This document shows, piece by piece, positions 15,001 to 26,300 of a DNA stretch of 64,000 nucleotides. Numbering within the stretch: the stretch's first letter is position 1; each line of letters starts with the position of its first letter. The DNA is from Eledone cirrhosa. Taxonomy: Eukaryota. The stretch covers positions 33,108,001 through 33,172,000 of the forward strand of contig OZ024740.1 in the NCBI GenBank assembly GCA_964016885.1, read 5' to 3'. The position numbers were made by a program, and so were the translations under genes. The notes below the pieces were generated by a model, which made no database searches, was not told the origin of the DNA, and saw nothing but the letters and a program-made list of their open reading frames with translations.

Positions 15001-18000
15001 AGTGACAATCTATACATTTTAGACAGAAAGTGTTCATCTATATATTCTAGATGGAAAGTGTTCATCTATATATTCTAGATAGAAAGTGACCATGTTTACA
15101 TTCTAGATAGAATGTATTCCTCTATATATTCTAGATAGAAAGTGACCATCTATATACTTTAGATTGAAAATGACCATCTATATATATATTCTAGATAGAA
15201 AGTGTTCATCTATATATTCTAGATAGAAAGTCTTCATCTATATATTCCAGATAGAAAGAGTTCATCTATATATTTTAGATAGAAAGTGTTCATCTATATA
15301 TTCTAGATAGAAAGTGACCATCTATATGTTCTAGATAGAAACTGACGCTCTATATATTTTAGATAGAAAGTGTTCAGGTATATATTCTAGATAGAAAGTG
15401 ACCATCTATGTATTCTAGATAGAAAGTGTTCATCTATATATTCTAGATAGAAAATGAACATCTATATATTTTAGATAGAAAGTGACCATCTATATATTTT
15501 AGACAGAAAGTGTTATTTTATATATTCTTCATAGAAAGTGACCATCTATATATTCTAGATAGAAAGTGTTCATCTATATATTCTAGATAGAAAGTGACCA
15601 TCTATATATTTTAGATAGAAAGTGACCATCTTTATAATTTAGATAAAATGTGACCATCTATATATTTTAAATAGAAAATCACCATCTATATATTCTAGAT
15701 AAAAAGTGACCATCTATATATTTTATATAGAAAGTGTTCATCTATATAATCTAGACAGAAAGTGTTCATCTATATATTCTAGATAGAAAGTGTTCATCTA
15801 TATATTCTAGATAGAAAGTGACCATCTATATATTCCAGATAGAAAGTGTTCATCTATATATTCTAGAGAGAAAGTGTTCATCTATATATTTTAGATAGAA
15901 AGTGACCATCTATATATTTTAGATAAAAAGTGACCATCTATATATTTTAAATAGAAAATGACCATCTATATATTCTAGATAGAAAGTGACCATCTATATA
16001 TTTTAGATTGAAAATGACCATCTATATATATATTCCAAATAGAAAGTGTTCATCTATATATTCTAGATAGAAAGTGTTCATCTATATATTCTAGATAGAA
16101 AGTGACCATCTATATATTCCAGATAGAAAGTGTTCATCTATATATTCTATATAGAAAGTGACCTTCTATATATTCTAGATAGAAAGTGCTCATCTATATA
16201 TTCTAGATAGAAAGTGTTCATCTATATATTCTAAATAGAAAGTGTTCATCTATATATTCTAGATAGAAAGTGACCATCTATATATTTTAGACAGAAAGTG
16301 TTATTTTATATATTCTAGATAGAAAGTGACCATCTATATATTCTAGATAGAAAGTGTTCATCTATATATTTTAGATAGAAAGTGACCATCTTTATAATTT
16401 AGATAAAATGTGACCATCTATATATTTTAAATAGAAAATCACCATCTATATATTCTAGATAAAAAGTGACCATCTATATATTTTAGATAGAAAGTGTTCA
16501 TCTATATAATCTAGACAGAAAGTGTTCATCTATATATTCTAGATAGAAAGTGACCCTCTATATATGTTAGATAAAAAATGTTCGTCTATATAGAAAGTGA
16601 CCATCTATATATTCTAGATAGAAAGTGTTCATCTATATATTCTAGATAGAAAGTGACCATCTAGATATTCTAGATAGTAAATGACCATCTATATATTCTA
16701 GATAGAAAGTGTGCATCTATATATTCTAGATAGAAAGTGACAATCTCTATATTTTAGATAAAAAGTGTTCATCTATATATTCTAGATAGAAAGTGACCAT
16801 CTATATATTCTAGATAGAAAGTGTTCATTTATATATTCTAGATAGAAAGTGTTCATCTATATATTCTAGATAAAAAGTGACCATCTATATATTTTAGATA
16901 GAAAGAGACCATCTTTATATTTCAGATAAAAAGTGATCATCTATATATTCTAGATAGAAATGGTTCATCTATATATTCTAGATAGAAAGTGACCATCTAG
17001 ATATTCTAGATAGTAAATGACCATCTATACATTCTAGATAGAGAGTGTTCATCTATATATTCTAGATAGAAAGTGTTCATCTATATATTCCAGATAGAAA
17101 GTGTTCATCTATATATTCTAAATAGAAAGTGACCATCTATATATTTTAGATAGAATGTGACCATCTATATATTCTAGATAGAAAGTGACCATCTATATAT
17201 TCTAGATAGAAAGTAACCATCTATATATTTTAGATTGAAAATGACCATCTATATATATATTCTAGATAGAAAGTGTTCATATATATATTCTAGATAGAAA
17301 GTGTTCATCTATATATCCCAGATAGAAAGTGTTCATCTATATATTCTACATAGAAAGTGTTCATCTATATATTTTAGATAGAAAGATTTTATTTATATAT
17401 TCTAGATAGAAAGTGTTCATCTATATATTCCAGATAGAAAGTGTTCATCTATATATTCTAAATAGAAAGTGACCATCTATATATTCTAGATAGAAAGTGA
17501 CCATCTATATATTCTATATAGAAAGTGACCATGTATATATTCTAGATAGAAAGTAACCATCTATATATTTTAGATTGAAAATGACCATCTATATATATAT
17601 TCTAGATAGAAAGTGTTCATATATATATTCTAGATAGAACGTGTTCATCTATATATTCCAGATAGAAAGTGTTCATCTATATATTCTAGATAGAAAGTGT
17701 TCATCTATATATTTTAGATAGAAAGTGTTTATTTATATATTCTAGATAGAATGTGACCATCTATATATTCAAGATAGAAAGTGTTCATCTATATATTTTA
17801 GATAGAAAGTGACAATCTAATTATTCTATATAGAAAGTGACCATCTATATATTTTAGATAGAAAGTGTTCATCTATATATTCTAGATAGAAAATGACCAT
17901 CTATATATTTTAGATAGAAAGTGACCATCTATATATTTTAGACAGAAAGTGTTCATCTATATATTCTAGATAGAAAGTGACCATCCATATAATCTAGATA

Positions 18001-20063
18001 GAAAGTTTTCATTTATATATTCTAGATAGAAAGTGACCATCTATATATTTTAGATAGAAAGTGTTCATCTATATATTCTAGAGAGAAAGTGTTCATCTAT
18101 ATATTCTAGATAGAAAGTGACCATCTATATATTCTAGATAGAAAGTGACCATGTATATATTCTAGATAGAAAGTAACCATCTATATATTTTAGATTGAAA
18201 ATGACCATCTATATATATATTCTAGATAGAAAGTGTTCATATATATATTCTAGATAGAAAGTGTTCATCTATATATTCCAGATAAAAAGTGTTCATCTAT
18301 ATATTCTACATAGAAAGCGTTCATCTATATATTTTAGATAGAAAGTGACCATCTATATATTTTAGATAAAAAGTGACCATCTATATATTTTAGATAGAAA
18401 GTGTTCACCTATATAATCTAGATAGAAAGTGTTCATCTATATATTCTAGATAGAAAGTGACCATGTATATATTCTAGATAGAAAGTGACCATGTATATAT
18501 TCTAGATAGAAAGTAACCATCTATATATTTTAGATTGAAAATGACCATCTATATATATATTCTAGATAGAAAGTGTTCATATATATATTCTAGATAGAAA
18601 GTGTTCATCTATATATTCCAGATAAAAAGTGTTCATCTATATATTCTACATAGAAAGTGTTCATCTATATATTTTAGATAGAAAGTGTTTATTTATATAT
18701 TCTAGATAGAAAGTGTTCATCTATATATTTTAGATAGAAAGTGACCATCTATATATTCTATATAGAAAGTGACATCTATATATTTTAGATAGAAAGTGTT
18801 CATCTATATATTCTAGATAGAAAATGACCATCTATATATTTTAAATAGAAAGTGACCATCTATATATTTTAGACAGAAAGTGTTCATCTATATATTCTAG
18901 ATAGAAAGTGACCATCTATATATTCCAGATAGAAAGTGTTCATCTATATATTCTAGATAGAAAGTGACCATCTATATATTTTAGATAGAAAGTGACCATC
19001 TATATATTCTAGATAGAAAGTGACCATCTATATATTCTAGATAGAAAGTAACCATCTATATATTTTAGATAGAAAATGACCATCTATATATATATTCTAG
19101 ATAGAAAGTGTTCATATATATATTCTAGATAGAAAGTGTTCATCTATATATTCTACATAGAAAGTGTTCATCTATATATTTTAGATAGAAAGTGTTTATT
19201 TATATATTCTAGATAGAAAGTGTTCATCTATATATTCCAGATAGAAAGTGTTCATCTATATATTCTAGATAGAAAGTGACCATCTATATATTCTAGATAG
19301 AAAGTGACCATCTATATATTCTAGATAGAAAGTGACCATGTATATATTCTAGATAGAAAGTAACCATCTATATATTTTAGATTGAAAATGACCATCTATA
19401 TATATATTCTAGATAGAAATTGTTCATATATATATTCTAGATAGAAAGTGTTCATCTATATATTCCAGATAGAAAGTGTTCATCTATATATTCTAGATAG
19501 AAAGTGTTCATCTATATATTTTAGATAGAAAGTGTTTATTTATATATTCTAGATAGAATGTGACCATCTATATATTCAAGATAGAAAGTTTTCATGTATA
19601 TATTCTAGATAGAAAGTGACCATCTATATATTTTAGATAGAAAGTGTTCATCTATATATTCTAGAGAGAAAGTGTTCATCTATATATTTTAGATAGAAAG
19701 TGACCATCTATATATTTTAGATAAAAAGTGACCATCTATATATTTTAGATAGAAAGTGTTCATCTATATAATCTAGATAGAAAGTGTTCATCTATATATT
19801 CTAGATAGAAAGTGACCATGTATATATTCTAGATGGAAAGTGACCATGTATATATTCTAGATAGAAAGTGTTCATCTATATATTTTAGATTGAAAATGAC
19901 CATCTATATATATATTCTAGATAGAAAGTGTTCATATATATATTCTAGATAGAAAGTGTTCATCTATATATTCCAGATAAAAAGTGTTCATCTATATATT
20001 CTACATAGAAAGTGTTCATCTATATATTTTAGATAGAAAGTGTTTATTTATATATTTATATAT
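1..20063. repeat. 28-bp AT-rich tandem satellite array, left of the insertion (~715 monomers)
   Basis: AAGTGTTCAT recurs at positions 1 and 29, giving a period of 28. Consensus is AAGTG(TT|AC)CATCTATATATT(C|T)TAGATAGA, head-to-tail, usually with 0-3 substitutions per unit and occasional 19-, 27-, 30- or 32-bp length variants. The array is already running at the window start. Confidence 0.99.
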
Positions 20064-20287
20064 GGTGCCGCGCCATCCAGGCCGAAACAAATGAGATCGT
20101 GTAGGTGTCACGACAAAAAAACACACAGTCCACGCTGTAATGTGGCCGTGTAGGCAACACGGTAAAAACCTCCCAGACCCACACTGTAAATGTGGTTGGT
20201 GTTAGGAAGGGCATCCAACTGTAGAAAACCTGCCAGACAGTCCTATGCGAGCAAGACAATCACTCTTGCCTCAAGTGGGACTACCCC

Positions 20288-20320
20288 CGTCCAAACCCAT
20301 GCAAGCGTGGAACACGGACG
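20288..20320 (+). other. 3'-terminal stem-loop of the retroposon (candidate LINE RT recognition structure)
   Basis: CGTCC (20288-92) pairs with GGACG (20316-20). Inner CCATG (20297-301) pairs with CGTGG (20306-10) with one G-U and a CAAG loop. It ends 9 nt before the GAT tail. Confidence 0.6.
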
Positions 20321-20329
20321 TTAAACGTT

Positions 20330-20353
20330 GATGATGATGATGATGATGATGAT
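20330..20353 (+). repeat. (GAT)8 microsatellite, 3' tail of the retroposon
   Basis: Eight perfect GAT units abut the satellite, preceded by one degenerate GTT unit. Confidence 0.95.
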
Positions 20354-23300
20354 TCTAGATAGAAAGTGTTCATCTATATATTTTAGATAGAAAGTGACCA
20401 TCTATATATTCTATATAGAAAGTGACATCTATATATTTTAGATAGAAAGTGTTCATCTATATATTCTAGATAGAAAATGACCATCTATATATTTTAGATA
20501 GAAAGTGACCATCTATATATTTTAGACAGAAAGTGTTCATCTATATATTCTAGATAGAAAGTGACCATCTATATATTCTAGATAGAAAATGACCATCTAT
20601 ATATTTTAGATAGAAAGTGTTCATCTATATATTCTAGATAGAAAGTGACCATCTATATATTCTAGATAGAAAGTGTTCATCTATATATTCTAGATAGAAA
20701 GTGACTATCTATATATTCTAGATAGAAAATGACAATCTATATATTTCAGATAGAATGTGACCATCTATATATTTTAAATAGAAAATGACCATCTATATAT
20801 TCTAGATAGAAAGTGACCATCTATATATTTTAGATAGAAAGTGACCTTCTATATATTTTAGACAGAAAGTGTTCATCTATATATTCTAGATAGAAAGTGT
20901 TCATCTATATATTCTAGATAGAAAGTGACCATCTATATATTCCAGATAGAAAGTGTTCATCTATATATTCTAGATAGAAAGTGTTCATCTATATATTCTA
21001 CATAGAAAGTGTTCATCTATATATTTTAGATAGAAAGTGTTTATTTATATATTCTAGATAGAAAGTGTTCATCTATATATTCTAGATAGAAAGTGACCAT
21101 CTATATATTCTAGATAGAAAGTGTTCATCTATATATTCTACATAGAAAGTGTTCATCTATATATTTTAGATAGAAAGTGTTTATTTATATATTCTAGATA
21201 GAAAGTGTTCATCTATATATTCTAGATAGAAAGTGACCATCTATATATTCTAGATAGAAAGTGACCATCTATATATTCTAGATAGAATGTATTCATCTAT
21301 ATTTTCTAGATAGAAAGTGACCATCTATATATTCTATATAGAAAGTGACCATTTATATATTTTAGATGGAAAGTGTTCATTTATATATTCTAGATAGAAA
21401 ATGACCATCTATATATTTTAGATAGAAAGTGACCATCTATATATTTTAGACAGAAAGTGTTCATCTATATATTCTAGATAGAAAGTGTTCATCTATATAT
21501 TCTAGATAGAAAGTGACCATCCATATAATCTAGATAGAAAGTTTTCATATATATATTCTAGATAGAAAGTGACCATCTATATATTCCAGATAGAAAGTGT
21601 TCATATATATATTCTAGATAGAAAGTGTTCATCTATATATTCCAGATAGAAAGTGTTCATCTATATATTCTACATAGAAAGTGTTCATCTATATATTTTA
21701 GATAGAAAGTGTTTATTTATATATTCTAGATAGAATGTGACCATCTATATATTCAAGATAGAAAGTGTTCATCTATATATTTTAGATAGAAAGTGACCAT
21801 CTAATTATTCTATATAGAAAGTGACCATCTATATATTTTAGATAGAAAGTGTTCATCTATATATTCTAGATAGAAAATGACCATCTATATATTTTAGATA
21901 GAAAGTGACCATCTATATATTTTAGACAGAAAGTGTTCATCTATATATTCTAGATAGAAAGTGACCATCCATATAATCTAGATAGAAAGTTTTCATTTAT
22001 ATATTCTAGATAGAAAGTGACCATCTATATATTTTAGATAGAAAGTGTTCATCTATATATTCTAGAGAGAAAGTGTTCATCTATATATTTTAGATAGAAA
22101 GTGACCATCTATATATTTTAGATAAAAAGTGACCATCTATATATTTTAGATAGAAAGTGTTCATCTATATAATCTAGATAGAAAGTGTTCATGTATATAT
22201 TCTAGATAGAAAGTGACCATCTATATATTCTAGATAGAAAGTGACCATGTATATATTCTAGATAGAAAGTAACCATCTATATATTTTAGATTGAAAATGA
22301 CCATCTATATATATATTCTAGATAGAAACTGTTCATATATATATTCTAGATAGAAAGTGTTCATCTATATATTCCAGATAAAAAGTGTTCATCTATATAT
22401 ACTACATAGAAAGCGTTCATCTATATATTTTAGATAGAAAGTGACCATCTATGTATTTTAGATAAAAAGTGACCATCTATATATTTTAGATAGAAAGTGT
22501 TCATCTATATATTCTAGATAGAAAGTGACCATCTATATATTCCAGATAAAAAGTGTTCATCTATATATTGTACATAGAAAGTGTTCATCTATATATTTTA
22601 GATAGAAAGTGTTTATTTATATATTCTAGATAGAAAGTGTTCATCTATATATTCTAGATAGAAAGTGACCATCTATATATTCTAGATAGAAAGTGTTCAT
22701 CTATATATTCTACATAGAAAGTGTTCATCTATATATTTTAGATAGAAAGTGTTTATTTATATATTCTAGATAGAAAGTGTTCATCTATATATTCTAGATA
22801 GAAAGTGACCATCTATATATTCTAGATAGAAAGTGTTAATCTATATATTCTAGATAGAAAGTGACCATCTATATATTCTAGATAGAATGTATTCATCTAT
22901 ATTTTCTAGATAGAAAGTGACCATCTATATATTCTATATAGAAAGTGACCATTTATATATTTTAGATAGAAAGTGTTCATTTATATATTCTAGATAGAAA
23001 ATGACCATCTATATATTTTAGATAGAAAGTGACCATCTATATATTTTAGACAGAAAGTGTTCATCTATATATTCTAGATAGAAAGTGTTCATCTATATAT
23101 TCTAGATAGAAAGTGACCATCCATATAATCTAGATAGAAAGTTTTCATATATATATTCTAGATAGAAAGTGACCATCTATATATTCCAGATAGAAAGTGT
23201 TCATATATATATTCTAGATAGAAAGTGTTCATCTATATATTCCAGATAGAAAGTGTTCATCTATATATTCTACATAGAAAGTGTTCATCTATATATTTTA

Positions 23301-26300
23301 GATAGAAAGTGTTTATTTATATATTCTAGATAGAAAGTGTTCATCTATATATTTTAGATAGAAAGTGACCATCTATATATTCTATATAGAAAGTGACATC
23401 TATATATTTTAGATAGAAAGTGTTCATCTATATATTCTAGATAGAAAATGACCATCTATATATTTTAGATAGAAAGTGACCATCTATATATTTTAGACAG
23501 AAAGTGTTCATCTATATATTCTAGATAGAAAGTGACCATCTATATATTCTAGATAGAAAATGACCATCTATATATTTTAGATAGAAAGTGTTCATCTATA
23601 TATTCTAGATAGAAAGTGACCATCTATATATTCTAGATAGAAAGTGTTCATCTATATATTCTAGATAGAAAGTGACTATCTATATATTCTAGATAGAAAA
23701 TGACAATCTATATATTTCAGATAGAATGTGACCGTCTATATATTTTAAATAGAAAATGACCATCTATATATTCTAGATAGAAAGTGACCATCTATATATT
23801 TTAGATAGAAAGTGACCATCTATATATTTTAGACAGAAAGTGTTCATCTATATATTCTAGATAGAAAGTGTTCATCTATATATTCTAGATAGAAAGTGAC
23901 CATCTATATATTCCAGATAGAAAGTGTTCATCTATATATTCTAGATAGAAAGTGTTCATCTATATATTCTACATAGAAAGTGTTCATCTATATATTTTAG
24001 ATAGAAAGTGTTTATTTATATATTCTAGATAGAAAGTGTTCATCTATATATTCTAGATAGAAAGTGACCATCTATATATTCTAGATAGAATGTATTCATC
24101 TATATTTTCTAGATAGAAAGTGACCATCTATATATTCTAGATAGAAAGTGTTCATCTATATATTCTAGATAGAAAGTGACTATCTATATATTCTAGATAG
24201 AAAATGACAATCTATATATTTCAGATAGAATGTGACCATCTATATATTTTAAATAGAACATGACCATCTATATATTCTAGATAGAAAGTGACCATCTATA
24301 TATTTTAGATAGAAAGTGACCATCTATATATTTTAGACAGAAAGTGTTCATCTATATATTCTAGATAGAAAGTGTTCATCTATATATTCTAGATAGAAAG
24401 TGACCATCTATATATTCCAGATAGAAAGTGTTCATCTATATATTCTAGATAGAAAGTGTTCATCTATATATTCTACATAGAAAGTGTTCATCTATATATT
24501 CTACATAGAAAGTGTTCATCTATATATTTTAGATAGAAAGTGTTTATTTATATATTCTAGATAGAAAGTGTTCATCTATATATTCTAGATAGAAAGTGAC
24601 CATCTATATATTCTAGATAGAAAGTGACCATCTATATATTCTAGATAGAATGTATTCATCTATATTTTCTAGATAGAAAGTGACCATCTATATATTCTAT
24701 ATAGAAAGTGACCATTTATATATTTTAGATAGAAAGTGTTCATTTATATATTCTAGATAGAAAATGACCATCTATATATTTTAGATAGAAAGTGACCATC
24801 TATATATTTTAGACAGAAAGTGTTCATCTATATATTCTAGATAGAAAGTGTTCATCTATATATTCTAGATAGAAAGTGACCATCCATATAATCTAGATAG
24901 AAAGTTTTCATATATATATTCTAGATAGAAAGTGACCATCTATATATTCTACATAGAAAGTGTTCATCTATATATTTTAGATAGAAAGTGTTTATTTATA
25001 TATTCTAGATAGAATGTGACCATCTATATATTCAAGATAGAAAGTGTTCATCTATATATTTTAGATAGAAAGTGACCATCTAATTATTCTATATAGAAAG
25101 TGACCATCTATATATTTTAGATAGAAAGTGTTCATCTATATATTCTAGATAGAAAATGACCATCTATATATTTTAGATAGAAAGTGACCATCTATATATT
25201 TTAGACAGAAAGTGTTCATCTATATATTCTAGATAGAAAGTGACCATCCATATAATCTAGATAGAAAGTTTTCATTTATATATTCTAGATAGAAAGTGAC
25301 CATCTATATATTTTAGATAGAAAGTGTTCATCTATATATTCTAGAGAGAAAGTGTTCATCTATATATTTTAGATAGAAAGTGACCATCTATATATTTTAG
25401 ATAAAAAGTGACCATCTATATATTTTAGATAGAAAGTGTTCATCTATATAATCTAGATAGAAAGTGTTCATCTATATATTCTAGATAGAAAGTGACCATC
25501 TATATATTCTGGATAGAAAGTGACCATGTATATATTCTAGATAGAAAGTAACCATCTATATATTTTAGATTGAAAATGACCATCTATATATATATTCTAG
25601 ATAGAAAGTGTTCATATATATATTCTAGATAGAAAGTGTTCATCTATATATTCCAGATAAAAAGTGTTCATCTATATATTCTACATAGAAAGCGTTCATC
25701 TATATATTTTAGATAGAAAGTGACCATCTATGTATTTTAGATAAAAAGTGACCATCTATATATTTTAGATAGAAAGTGTTCATCTATATAATCTAGATAG
25801 AAAGTGTTCATCTATATATTCTAGATAGAAAGTGACCATGTATATATTCTAGATAGAAAGTGACCATGTATATATTCTAGATAGAAAGTAACCATCTATA
25901 TATTTTAGATTGAAAATGACCATCTATATATATATTCTAGATAGAAAGTGTTCATATATATATTCTAGATAGAAAGTGTTCATCTATATATCCCAGATAA
26001 AAAGTGTTCATCTATATATTGTACATAGAAAGTGTTCATCTATATATTCTAGATAGAAAGTGACCATCTATATATTCTAGATAGAAAGTGTTCATCTATA
26101 TATTCTACATAGAAAGTGTTCATCTATATATTTTAGATAGAAAGTGTTTATTTATATATTCTAGATAGAAAGTGTTCATCTATATATTCTAGATAGAAAG
26201 TGACCATCTATATATTCTAGATAGAAAGTGTTAATCTATATATTCTAGATAGAAAGTGACCATCTATATATTCTAGATAGAATGTATTCATCTATATTTT

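Larger units (their letters stand above)
20064..20353 (+). mobile_element. SINE-like non-autonomous retroposon, probably 5'-truncated, with a 3' stem-loop and (GAT)n tail
   Basis: A unique ~50% GC segment with 14 CpGs interrupts a monomer at TTATATAT^TCTAGA, and intact empty sites occur elsewhere (e.g. ~18,690, ~23,315). The 3' end is a hairpin followed by ACGGACGTTAAACGTT(GAT)8, the short-repeat tail typical of RTE/L2/CR1-mobilised elements. From recall, the core GTGGTTGGTGTTAGGAAGGGCATCCAACTGTAGAAAACC resembles the conserved central domain of mollusc (octopus)/MetaSINE-type SINEs; this family assignment is not verified. Confidence 0.85.

Noticed and set aside
20056-20259. 67-aa minus-strand ORF from the ORF track
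   Set aside because: It is short, antisense to the SINE-like insert, ends in the duplicated satellite target sequence and has no recognisable domain. Its weak internal repetition (VWQVF/VWEVF) just mirrors the DNA triplication. Most likely a chance ORF.
20064-20353. Hammerhead/HDV ribozyme or tRNA in the insert
   Set aside because: I could not build a CTGANGA...GAAA core with the proper stems, an HDV nested pseudoknot, a cloverleaf or a T-loop GTTCRA by eye. The TGATGA here belongs to the tail. An Rfam scan would settle it.
20064-20353. MITE / DNA transposon or solo LTR
   Set aside because: There are no terminal inverted repeats or TG...CA ends. The asymmetric microsatellite tail favours a non-LTR retroposon.
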